A DNA stretch of 64,000 nucleotides from the human T2T-CHM13v2.0 reference genome, Homo sapiens. Shown here one piece after another: positions 10,820 through 23,095 of this stretch. Under the pieces are notes generated by a model. That model saw nothing but the letters and a program-made list of their open reading frames with translations, did no database searches and was not told where the DNA came from. Numbering within the stretch: the stretch's first letter is position 1; every line of letters begins with the position of its first letter. The stretch lies in NCBI RefSeq assembly GCF_009914755.1, contig NC_060948.1. One strand, 5' to 3'. Made by a program: the position numbers and the translations under genes.

Positions 10820-11165
10820 GGGGGTTTACACAACAGACTTTTTTTTCTCTCAAATCTCACAGTCCTAGGGGCTGGAATTTCAAGATCAAGTTGTTAGTAG
10901 GGTTGGTTCCTCCTGAGGCCTCTCTCCTTGGCTTGTAGATGCCATCTCCTCCCTGTGTCCTCACGTGGCTGACCCTCTGTGTATGTCTGTATCCTAATCT
11001 CCTCTTCCTATAAAAACACGAGTCACTTCAGATTAGTGTCCTCCCCATGACATCATTTTACCATAATTACCTCATTAAAGGATTTGTCTTCAAATACATT
11101 CTGAGGTACTGGGGGTTAGAACTTCAATATATGAATTTGTCAGGGGCTCAACTAAGCCCATAACA
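10820..11165 (-). mobile_element. MLT1A/B-like LTR (MaLR)
   Basis: ctcacagtcctaggggctggaatttcaagatcaag...ttcctcctgaggcctctctccttggcttgtagatg...ctgaggtactgggggttagaacttcaa...cccataaca. Confidence 0.85.
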
Positions 11166-12479
11166 CATCCTCATTAACATTCTGTAGGAATAATACTCCT
11201 AGGACAATGGCATTGAGATGCTGATCATGAGGACTGTCAAGACTTCCCACAGTTAAAAAGTGATCTGCAGAGATTTGAATGACCCATAACTGTCTTGACT
11301 GTGCAAAGCCAACAGTTTCTCTTACAGGAAATTGCCAAAAAATGTAATAGGCTCCAGTAACCATACTTTATCACATTGGTGGTGTTCTTCTCAAAAAAAT
11401 AATTTCTGAAAAAAATAAGCCCTGCAAGATGATCCTAAATGTTATTTAAGAATACAATCTACCATCCAAATATTCACAACAATGTCAATATTTTGTTTGG
11501 TATCCTATGATTGTAAAAGTCTTCAGCATATACTTGGTTCATTCAGTCAAACCTTGTGATTATAACTTAAAGGGTCTCTAAATCCTGGGTTCTCTGGAAC
11601 TATCAGGGACAGAGACAAAGAGAGGTGAGGTACCCTGAGTTATGCTCTGTGATTAAAGCAATTATTGAATTAACTATAAATCCAACTGGATAAATTCTGA
11701 AAGAGGAAAATTCTTTTAACTTCCTTTTGCCTATAATGAATCTTTTAATTTTTTTTTTTTTTTTTTTTTGCCTTGAACGCATATTTACCTGAGAAGAATA
11801 ATGCTGAGAACTGGCCACTATTACAGTCAGTAAATGGAAACACCCTATTCTGAAAATCCATGAGACTGACTCTCCACAAAAGCCTTCTGTGTGAAATAAC
11901 AGCCAGTCATTCAGAAATTATTGAGGAAAATAAAACTAGGTCATATGACTTGACCAGGCTACTTACTAGGGAGCTAATGTCCTGTTTGAATTAGTGGGTG
12001 GTGGTATAGTTAGGAAACACAATAGTTTCCCTTACTAGAAGATCTGTGGTAGGTAGGAAGTCTTTCGAGAAGAAGAACCTTTTCTATTCACAAGTGTGAT
12101 GAAAGCAAGTTGAAATATGTCAACTTCTTTCTGCATTCATCAGATTCATAAGAACCAACATAGAAGAGTCAGGGGATGGACAATAAGAGATTGCATTGGT
12201 TCACCTCCAGCAACTATGGGCATAGCTAAGTATTGTCTGCCTCACTTGAGTGGGCTATTAAGAACCCAGTAGAATAGCAAACTGACCCAGAAAGAGGATC
12301 AAAGGACCCAGCATTATACCTCAATCATCTGCCTTCTTAATTGCTCTAACAGAGTATTTTTTCCATGAGAATCTGAATTTTTACAATAGTTTCCTCTTGG
12401 TTTCCTAAAGAACAAGCTCACTACTTTATCGTGGTTTAGTGAAAAATCCAGAGTACTTTTATTTTTAAATGTTGTTTAC

Positions 12480-12972
12480 TAGCACTATTCACAATAGCAA
12501 AGACATGGAACCAACCAAAATGTCTATAAATGATAAACTGGATAAAGAAAATATGGTACTTATATAAAAAAATGTAGGCAACTTACTGGTGCACTTAAGA
12601 GTATCAAATACTATGCAGCCATAAAAAGGAATGACATGTCTGTTGCAGGGACATGGATGAAGCTGGAAGCCATCATTCTCAGCAAACTAACACAGGAACA
12701 GAAAACCAAACATGTCATGTTGTCAGTCATAAGTGGGACCTGAACAATGAGAACACATGAAGACAGGGAGGGAAACAACACACACTGGGGTCTGTTCCAG
12801 AATGGGTGAGGGGAAAGAGAACATCAGGGTAAAAAGCTAATGCATGCATGGCTTAATACCCAGGTGATGGCTTGGTAGGTACTGCAAACCTCTGAGAATA
12901 CATTTACCTATGTAACAAACCTGCAATTTTTGCACATGTATCCTGGAACTTAAAATAAAATAATTAAAAAAA
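12480..12972 (+). mobile_element. L1 3' end fragment (older L1PA, ~PA13-16)
   Basis: agcactattcacaatagcaaagacatggaacc...gctaatgcatgc...tgtaacaaacctgc...ggaacttaaaataaaa; imperfect TSD aaatgttgtttact/aattgttgcttact. Confidence 0.88.
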
Positions 12973-14857
12973 TTGTTGCTTACTGACACACTGATAAAAG
13001 GAGCTGTATTCATGAATCTGTATTCCTGATTTGTCTATAAGTTGAAATCAGAAAATAAGCCTCAAAGTCTTCTAACATCAGGAAAGCCAATTTATTTGTA
13101 TACAACATAATCACCTATCATGTGAAATGTCTGGAATTTAGCATTGTACTTTTCTGGAGAACATAATGATGATTGCATAATATTACTGAAACTGTTGAAA
13201 GTAAAATTCTCAAATCATTCAATAAGCCTCTACTATTTATGCACTCATTTGAATCCATTGAATATGTATATTTTTTCTTTAGCACATTTGAGTTTATATG
13301 TAGGATTCATTGTGTAGAAAAAGTTAAGCAAATTGTTTCTTGTTAGTACCCAGTAATTTATTGCATGTGAGTGGTTTAAAGCAGTGTTCACTAACTGCCG
13401 TGTTATAAACTGGAGACTGACAAACTGCATCAGTTATGCATTGTTTGAATGAAAGAGGGCAAATATTGCATTAAGCAGCAAGCAAAGTTATGTATTGGAG
13501 ATAGTGAAGACATTATCAGAATCTGTAGCCTTCTCAATCTTCTGTTGTCCAATTATTCCTCTTGTCTATACCATGAACTGAAGAGTCATGATAATTTATC
13601 CTCCTTCTCCTATAATTAGTAACTCTTCCTTTCAGCTTCAAAGTGCTCTCTCTTTCCCTTTGTTTCATACAAATCCGTTATTATTTTCTGTTCTCATTAA
13701 TTCATTCAGGTACCCATCCACTCATCCTTCTGTCCTGATTCAAATTATCCATCTGTTTACCTAAAATGTATTAAGCAACTTCTTTAAGCTAGGCATTTTA
13801 TTATGATCTGCATAGGTAAAGAGAAAGCCATCCATTTAACAGCAGTGCCAGTGTCATAGGCAGTGGTCATAGTGCAGCAAGGCACAACAAAACAAAGCAA
13901 AATGGAAACCCAAAGACCTATACTTACGAGATTTACATATGAGTGGGATGACTAGGGTGATTTTTTCTCCCTCTCTTAGTTCAAAATTAACTTGGAACTC
14001 AGCTTAAAAGGTCTAGATATTTATTTCTCTATCCTTCCCTTCTTTATTTACACATAATGGGCCTTGGCCTCACAGTTTTTAATTCTTGAGCATCTACATT
14101 TTATCAGCCACAGCTTAGAATACCCACGCCAGTTGGGCATATTATGCAAAACCTTATATTATCACAATATATTATAAACACATGTTATATATCTATAAGA
14201 ACTCTATTAAGGAGTTTCTTGTATCAGGAATTCCCCAGAGATGCCAACATTTTGTTTCTGCTAATAGTATTTCAGGTTCTACATGAAAGTATAATTTTCA
14301 CATGGTAGAAAAAAGATTGAGAGACCAAATAAATATGTTGGTGTCTTCTTAATCCAGCAGGTATTGCAGTAAATTTTAGTCTTCATGAAGAATGACACTA
14401 TCACACACACACATACCTTAAAATATTTAATAACGTGGGGTAAATGTTGTGTATTCTGGTATTTTGTTTCTTGATCATTTATAATTTGCATGAGCAAACC
14501 CTTTTTGATTATCCTTAATTAAAAACTTCTCAAAAATATTTGTTAAAAATTTAAAATGTTACCAAAGGTTCACTAACATCTATACCTTCATTCATAGATC
14601 TCAACTTCTAAATTCATTCATTAGCCCTTTTATTATTATTACTATTATTATTATCATACTTTAAGTTTTAGGGTACATGTGCACAATGTGCAGGTTAGTT
14701 ACATATGTATACTAGCGACATGCTGGTGTGCTGCACCCATTAACTTGTCATTTAGCATTAGGTATATTTCCTAATATTATCCCTACTCCCTACCCCCACC
14801 CCACAACAGTCCACAGAGTGTGATGTTCCCCTTCCTGTGTCCATGTGTTCTCATCGT

Positions 14858-17800
14858 CCAATTCCCATCTATGAGTGAGAACATGTGGTGTTTGGTTTTT
14901 TGTCCTTGTGACAGTTTACTGAGAATGATGATTTCCAATTTCATCCATGTCCCTACAAAGGACATGAACTCATCATTTTTTATGGCTGCATAGTGTTCCA
15001 TGGTGTATATGTGCCACATTTTCTTAATCCAGTCTATCACTGTTGGACATTTGGGTTGGTTCCAAGTCTTTGCTATTGTGAATAGTGCCACAATAAACAT
15101 ACATGTGCATGTGTCTTTATAGCAGCATGATTTATAGTCCTTTGCGTATATACCCAGTAATGGGATGGCTGGGTCAAATAGTATTTCCTGTTCTAGATCC
15201 CTGAGGAATCACCACACTGACTTCCACAATGTTTGAACTAGTTTACAGTCCCACCAACAGTGTCAAAGTGTTCCTATTTCTCCACATCCTCTCCAGCACC
15301 TGTTGTATCCTGACTTTTTAATGACTGCCATTCTAACTGGTGTGAGATGGTATCTCATAGTGGTTTTGATTTGCATTTCTCTGATGGCCAGTGATGATGA
15401 GCATTTTTTTCATGTATCTTTTGGTTGCATAAATGTCTTCTTTTGAGAAATGTCTGTTCATAACCTTTGCCCACTTTTTGATGGGGTTGTTTGTTTTTTT
15501 CTTGTAAATTTGTTTGAGTTCATTGTAGATTCTGAATATTTGCCCTTGTCAGATGAATAGGTTGTGAAAATTTTCTCCCGTTTTGTAGCTTGTCTGTTCA
15601 CTCTGATGGTAGTTTCTTTTGCTGTGCAGAAGCTCTTTAGTTGAATTGGATCCCATTTGTCAATTTTGGCTTTTGTTGCCATTGCTTTTGGTGTTTTAGA
15701 CATGAAGTCCTTGCCCATGCCTAGGTCCTGAATGGTAATGCCTAGGTTTTCTTCTAGGGTTTTTATGGTTTTAGGTCTAATGTTTAAGTCTCTAATCCAT
15801 CTTGAATTAATTTTTGTATAAGGTGTAAGGAAGGGATCCAGTGTCAGCTTTCTATGTATGGCTAGCCAGTTTTTCCAGCATTATTTATTAAATAGGGAAT
15901 TCTTTCCCCATTGCTTGTTTTTCTCAGGTTTTCAAAGATCAGATAATTGTAGATATGCAGCATTATTTCTGACAGCTCTGTTCTGTTCCATTGGTCTATA
16001 TCTCTGTTTTGGTACCAGTACCATGCTGTTTTGGTTACTGTAGCCTTGTAGTATAGTTTGAAGTCAGGTAGTGTGATGCCTCCAGCTTTGTTCTTTTGGC
16101 TTAGGATTGACTTGGCAATGTGGGCTCTTTTTGGTCCCATATGAACTTTAAAGTATATTTTTCCAATTCTGTGAAGAAAGTCATTGGTAGCTTGATGGGG
16201 ATCGCATTGAATCTGTAAATTACCTTGGGCAGTATGGCCATTTTCATGATATTGATTCTTCCTACCCATGAGCATGGAATGTTCTTCCATTTCTTTGTAT
16301 CCTCTTTTATTTCATTGAGCAGTGGTTTGTAGTTCTCCTTGAAGAGGTCCTTCACGTCCCTTGTAAGTTGGATTCCTAAGTATTTTATTCCCTTTGAAGC
16401 AATTGTGAATGGGAGTTCACTCATGATTTGGTTCTCTCTTTGTCTGTTATTGGTGCAAAGAATGCTTGTGATTTTTGTACATTGATTTTGTATCCTGAGA
16501 CTTTGCTGAAGTTGCTTATCAGCTTAAGGAGATTTTGGGCTGAAACAATGGGGTTTTCTAGATATACAATCATGTCATCTGCAAACACGGACAATTTGAC
16601 TTCCTCTTTTCCTAATCGAATTCCCTTTGTTTCCTTCTCCTGCCTAATTGCCCTGGCCAGAACTTCCAACACTATGTTGAATAGGAGTGGTGAGAGAGGT
16701 CATCCCTGTCTTGTGCTAGTTTTCAAAGGGAATGCTTCCAGTTTTTGCCCATTCGGTATGATATTGGCTGTGACTTTGTCATAGATAGCTCTTATTATTT
16801 TGAGGTACGTCCCATCAATGCCTAATTTATTGAGAGTTTTTAGCATGAAGGGTTGTTGAATTTTGTCAAAAGCCTTTTCTGCATCTATTGAGATAATCGT
16901 GTGGTTTTTGTCTTTGGTTCTTTTTATATGCTGGATTATGTTTATTGATTTGTGTATATTGAACCAGTCTTGCATCCCAGGGTTGAAGCCCACTTGATCA
17001 TGGTGGATAAGCTTTTTGATGTGCTGCTGGATTTGGTTTGCCAGTATTTTATTGAGGATTTTTGCATCAATGTTCATCAAGGATATTGGTCTAAAATTAT
17101 CTTTTTTTTTTGTCTCTGCCCGGCTTTGGTATCAGGATGATGCTGGCCTCATAAAATGAGTTAGGGAGGATTCCTTATTTTTCTATTGATTGGAATAGTT
17201 TCAGAAAGAATGGTACCACTTCCTCCTTGTACCTCTGGTAGAATTTGGCTCTGAATCCATCTGGTCCTGGACTCTTTTTGGTTGGTAAACTATTGATTAT
17301 TGCCACAGTTTCAGATCCTGTTATTGGTCTTTTCAGAGATTCAACTTCTTCCGGGTTTAGTCTTGGGAGAGTGTATGTGTCGAGGAATTTATCCATTTCT
17401 TCTAGATTTTCTAGTTTATTTGTGTAGAGGTGTTTGTAATATTCTCTGACGGTAGTTTGTATTTCTGTGGGATTGGTGGTGGTATTCCCTTTATCATTTT
17501 TTATTGCATGTATTTGATTCTTCTCTCTTTTTTTCTTTATTAATCTTGCTAGCAGTCTATCAATTTTGATGATCCTTTCAAAAACCCAGCTCCTAGATTC
17601 ATTAATTTTTTGAAGGGTTTTTTGTGTCTTTATTTCCTTCAGTTCTCCTCTGATTTTAGTTATTTCTTGCCTTCTGCTAGCTTTTGAATGTGTTTGCTCT
17701 TGCTTTTCTAGTTCTTTTAATTGTGATGTTAGGTTGTCAATTTTGAATCTTTCCTGCTTTCTTTTGTGGGCATTTAGTGTTATAAATTTCCCTCTACCCA

Positions 17801-18698
17801 TTGCTTTGAATGTGTCCCAGAGATTCTGGTATGTTGTGTCTTTGTTCTCGTTGGTTTCAAAGAACATCTTTATTTCTGCCTTCATTTCGTTATATAACCA
17901 GTAGTCATTCAGGAGCAGGTTGTTCAGTTTCCATGTAGTTGAGCAGTTTTGAGTGAGTTTCTTAATCCTGAGTTCTAGTTTGATTGCACTGTGGTCTGAG
18001 AGACAGTTTGTTATAATTTCTATTCTTTTACATTTGCTGGGGAGAGCTTTACTTCCAAGTATGTGGTCAATTTTGGAATAGGTGTGGTGTGGTGCTGAAA
18101 AAAAATGTATATTCTGTTGATTTGGGGTGGAGAGTTCTGTAGATGTCTATTAGGTCCGCTTGGTGCAGAGCTGAGTTCAATTCCTGGGTATCCTTGTTGA
18201 CTTTCTGTCTCAATCTATCTAATATTGACAGTGGGGTGTTAAAGTCTCCCATTATTAATGTGTGGGAGTCTAAGTCTCTTTGTAGGTCACTCAGGACTTG
18301 CTTTATGAATCTGGGTGCTCCTGTATTGGGTGCATATATATTTAGAATAGTTAGTTCTTCTTGTTGAATTGATCCCTTTACCATTATGTTATAGCTTTCT
18401 TTTTCTCTTTTGCTCCTCCTTGGTTTAAAGTGTGTTTTATCAGAGACTAGGATTGCAACCTCTGCCTTTTTTTGTTTCCCTTTTGCTTGGTAGATCTTCC
18501 TCCATCCTTTTATTTTGAGCCTATGTGTGTCTCTGCATGTTAGATGGGTTTCCTGAATACAGCACACTGATGAGTCTTGACTCTTTATCCAATTTGCCAG
18601 TCTGTGTCTTTTAATTGGAGCATTTACATTTACATTTAAATGTAAAGTCCATTTACATTTAAAGTTAATATTGTTATGTGTGAATTTGATCCTGTCAT
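14858..18698 (-). pseudogene. L1 ORF2p (endonuclease/reverse transcriptase, disrupted)
   Basis: ATGACAGGATCAAATTCACAC start at 18698; fragments [23 protein letters not shown] and KIDKWD; multiple frameshifts. Confidence 0.95.
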
Positions 18699-18761
18699 TA
18701 TGATGTTAGCTGGTTATTTTGCTCGTTAGTTGATGCAGTTTCTTCCTAGTCTCGATGGTCT

Positions 18762-19766
18762 TTACACTTTGGCATGATTTTGCAGCGGCTGGTACTGGTT
18801 GTTCCTTTCCATGCTTAGTGCTTCCTTCAGGAGCTCTTTTAGGGCAGGCCTGGTGGTGACGAAATCTCTCAGTATTTGCTTGTCTGTAGAGGATCTTATT
18901 TCTCCTTCACTTATGAAGCTTAGTTTGGCTGGATATGAAATTCTGGTTTGAAAATTCTTTTCTTTAAGAATGTTGAATATTGGACCCCACTCTCTTCTGG
19001 CTTGTAGAGTTCCTGCTGAGAGATCCGCTATTAATCTGATGGGCTTCCCTTTGTGGGTAACCCGACCTTTCTCTCTGGCTGCGCTTAGCATTTTTTCCTT
19101 CATTTCAACTTTGGTGAATCTGACAATTATGTATCTTGGATTTGCTCTTCTCGAGGAGTATCTTTGTGGATTTCTCTGTATTTCCTGAATCTGAATGTTG
19201 GCCTGCCTTGCTAGATTGGGAAAGTTCTCCTGGACAATAAACTGCAGAGTGCTTTCCAACTTGATTCCATTCTCCCTGTCACTTTCAGGTACACCAATCG
19301 ACGCAGATTTCGTCTTTTCACATAGTCTCATATTTCTTGGAGGCTTTGTTCATTTCTTTTTATTCTTTTTACTCTAAACTTCCCTTCTCGCTTCATTTCA
19401 TTCATTTCATCTTCCAGCACTGGTACCCTTTCTTCCAGTTGATCACATTGGCTCCTGAGGCTTCTGCATTCTTCACGTAGTTCTTGAGCCTTGGCTTTCA
19501 GCTCCTTTAAGCACTTCTCTGTGTTGGTTATTCTAGCTATACATTCGTCTACATTTTTTTCAAAGTTTTCAACTTCTTTGCCTTTGGTTTGAATTTCCTC
19601 CTGTAGCTCAGAGTAGTTTGATCGTCTGAAGCTTTCTTCTCTCAACTCATCAAAGTCATTCTCCGTCCAGCTTTGTTCCGTTGCTGGTGAGGAACTGCAT
19701 TCCTTTGGAGGAGGAGAGGCACTCTGATTTTTAGAGTTTCCAGTTTTTCTGCTGTTTTTTCCCCAT
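18762..19766 (-). pseudogene. L1 ORF1p (disrupted)
   Basis: ATG at 19766; fragments ...EECRSLRSQCDQLEER... and ...ENFPNLARQANIQIQEIQR...LQNHAKV lie in different frames. Confidence 0.95.
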
Positions 19767-21214
19767 CTTTGTGGTTTTATCTACTTTTGGTCTTTGATGA
19801 TGGTGATGTACAGATGGGTTTTTGGTGTGGATGTCCTTTCTGTTTGTTAGTTTTCCTTCTAACAGACAGGACCCTCAGGTGCAGGTCTGTTGGATTTTGC
19901 TAGAGGTCCACTCCAGACCCTGTTTGCCTGGGTATCAGCAGTGGTGTCAGCAGGATTGCAGATTTTTGTGATCCGGGAATGCTGCTCTCTGATCATTCCT
20001 CTGGAATTTTTGTCTCAGAGGAGTACCTGGCCACGTGAGTTGTCAGTCTGCCCCTATTGGGGGGTGCCTCCCAGTTAGGCTGCTCGGGGGTCATGTGTCA
20101 GGGACCCACTTGAGGAGGCAGTCTGCCCATTCTCAGATCTCCAGTTGCGTGCTGGGAGAACCACTGGTCTCCTCAAAGCTGTCAGACAGGGACATTTAAG
20201 TCTGCAGAGGTTACTGGTGTCTTTTTGTTTGTGTGTGCCTTGCCCCCAGAGGTGGAGCCTACAGAGGCAGGCAGGCCTCCTTGAGCTATGGTGGGCTCCA
20301 CTCAGTTCAAGCTTCCCAGCTGTTTTGTTTTAAAAGCCATTCAATTACTTAAAATTTAACTTTATAGCATCATTCTACTTCCCCTGGAGGAAAGCTAATG
20401 CACTCTTTTATAGTTCAAAAAGGGAACAATGCATACTTGAATCAGTAAGACTGACTTCCTTACAATGGATTAGGAAACATGAATTTTTTCCTATTGCTAT
20501 CCTGCTGATCACAGCAGCGTTTCTACAATGATACACGCTTTTGCAACTTGCAAACTACTGGAGTGTATACCTGTACTTTAAAAAGCCTTTTAAATTCAAT
20601 AAAGTTTATCGTTAGAGGTCTCTTTTTCTTCTTCTTGCTTTGTTTTTTTTTTTCTTTTTTTTTTTTCCCTCTGCATTCTTTGCTTTGTTCTTTGGATCAG
20701 AAATAATGCCATATTCTTAGAGCACATTTGCATAAACCTTATGTTCATACTCTTTGTATATAATCTCCTAGGCATCTCAAATACAACATACTCCAAGTTT
20801 ACCCTCCCCTACCAAAAAAGAAAACCCATATCCTCTTCTCTCCAGCATTTTTGGCATTGGTGAACAGCACAAGAATCCCTGGGAACACCCCAACTCCTGT
20901 CTCTCCTTAGCCACTGTGAATTTATCTACAGCCCTGTCAGTTGTTGTAGTATCTCTTAATCCAGCCCCTCTTCTCCCTTCTAGGACCTCCCATGAATTGC
21001 TTTCAGAATCTTGTGCTCACACTATTGCGGTAAATTCTGAATTGGCTTTCCTGGCCCTGAATTCATTCCTAAAATTTGTCCTAAAGTCTTCCTTCAATTA
21101 AAACGTGTTCATTTCTAGACCCTTCTTAAAACCCTTTGTTTTCTCTCTCTGTTGAGCACCATCTTAATTCTGAAGCTCAGAATACCAGCCTCTTTAGGAA
21201 TTCAACAGTCTCTA

Positions 21215-21325
21215 GCTGGCCCTTATGTTGCCCAGGCTGGTCAGCAACTCCTGGCCTCAAGCAATTCTCCTGCCTCAGTCTCCCAAAGTGGTGAGATTGT
21301 AGGCATAAGCCATTGTTCACAGCTC
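21215..21325 (-). mobile_element. Alu left monomer (FLAM-like)
   Basis: atgttgcccaggctggtc...actcctggcctcaagcaattctcctgcctcagtctcccaaagtg. Confidence 0.85.
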
Positions 21326-21329
21326 TATT

Positions 21330-21540
21330 TGGCCCTTCTTTTATCTTTACTCTCCTCTCCTTGCCCATCTTCTCCTCTTTTCTTCTTTGTTCTCATCCAC
21401 CTCCTCCTGTTTCTCTCCCTCTCCCCTTTTTATTATTTAATCTTCTCTTCTTTCTCCTCTGTTTTATTCATCTTTTTTCTTCTCTCCCCTCTTTCTTTCT
21501 CTTTCTCTGTCTTCTCCTTTACCCAGTCTTTCTCAATTTC
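21330..21540. repeat. CT-rich low-complexity tract
   Basis: An almost pure pyrimidine run on the plus strand. Confidence 0.85.
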
Positions 21541-22623
21541 TACCTGGTATGAAGCATTCAACCATGCTTCTTGCTATGCCATACTACTACTTTGCTTTGA
21601 AAAATGCATCTTTTTTCACCTGTAATATCTTCGTATTTCTAGAAAATATAAGCTGCCTTTTTTTGGAACCCTTGCTTAACTATCTCAGGCATACTTAGGT
21701 CTACCGCAGTGAACAAAAACAAACCCGCTGTCCTGGGAAATGCCACTTGTATTTCCCTGGTACTATAGATCACTTCAGGACCTCAGGAATAAAACTCAGT
21801 TAAACTGCATTTTTTTTTTAAATGATTGTTATCTTTATTACACTGGGAGCCCCTTGAGGACATAAACAAAATTTTTGTGTGGATTCACCTGTGTATTTTG
21901 AACACAGTAGTTTCTGAATAACTATCTAGTAGATAAATGAATAGATCAGTTGGTTGAAATGATCTTCCAAAGCAGGTTTTTGATAGGAAAAGAGATCAGA
22001 ATATGTGGACCATTAGTTGAATTTAGGTTGTTGTCTTGGCATCATTTTGCTGGAGAATAAAAGACAGATTTTACTACTTTTAGGAGATCAGTGAGTCAGG
22101 TTGATGGTCCAACCCGAGGAGTATCCAAATCATAGACAGGCCTTCCAACAGAGCTTCTGCAACCAAAAGATAATACACTATTCTCTAAGTGACAAAGACC
22201 ACCTTGTTATGCAAGTAGTCTGCACTGGATAAAACATGAACCAGGAAGTAGAAAAAATATGGGCAAATGTGACCCAGCTAGAAGGCAATAGCTCTTCTGG
22301 AGGTGAAAACAGAATGAATGCTTCATAGTGAAAATTGCATTGAGTGATTGAGTGTATCGTCTCATATTGTTTGATAATTGGCTCTGAAATGCCTTCTTAT
22401 AAACTGCACAGTGTATGTGTGTATGAACATTAACTTTACTTGCAGTCTACTCTAGAGCTTTAGCATTTTAAGTATCTTAATCACAAATCCAAACATATTT
22501 AAAAAGTTTATATTCCAAATATCCTTTTTGGAATCAACAACAGAGTCTCCTTATTTATCATAAGGTGTATTAGAAATATGTTTTTTATGGTGATAGACAG
22601 TGATTATATATGTGGTAATACAG

Positions 22624-23095
22624 TGTGGCAGATGGAATAAAGCTGCCACCAAAGATGTTCACATATGAATTCCCTGGAACTGTGAAATATCTGGGATATT
22701 CAGGTCCCAGATGGAATTAAAATAGGGAGATTTTTAAAATAGGGAGATCTCTTGCATAATCCAGGTGGGTTCATTTGAATCACAGAATCTTTAAAAGTGA
22801 AAGAGAAAGACAAATAGGTCAGAGAGATATGGCAAGAAACCTTCTATTGCTGGCTTTGAAGATGGAAATTGGGGCCATGCATCAAGGAATATAGGTGGTC
22901 TCTAGATACTAGAAAGAACAAGGAAATATTTTCTCCCTTAGAACTTCCAGAAGGAATGAAGTGCTGACAGCACCTTGAAACTCATGCATTGAGATACATG
23001 CTGGACTTCTTCAGAACATATGATAATAACTTTGTGTTGTCTTAAACCGCCAAGTGTGTGATGCTCTGTTACACTGGGCATAAGAAACTAATACA
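22624..23095 (+). mobile_element. MLT1D-like LTR (MaLR)
   Basis: tgtggcaga...ccaaagatgttcacat...ttgctggctttgaagatggaa...ttctcccttagaacttccagaaggaa...gaaactaataca. Confidence 0.85.

Larger units (their letters stand above)
14627..20330 (-). mobile_element. LINE-1, L1PA3/PA4-type, ~5.7 kb, truncated inside the 5'UTR; ORFs disrupted
   Basis: The ORF track gives ORF1 and ORF2 (EN, RT, C-terminal) fragments. The 3'UTR is of the young L1PA type (gttagttacatatgtatac). The 5'UTR retains the ~129-bp segment absent from L1PA2/L1HS. Confidence 0.97.

Noticed and set aside
14627-20330. Retrotransposition-competent L1
   Set aside because: The 5'UTR is truncated, and both ORFs carry frameshifts and stops.
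21152-21625. 157-aa hydrophobic ORF suggesting a membrane protein
   Set aside because: It consists of an antisense Alu monomer plus CT-rich low-complexity sequence.
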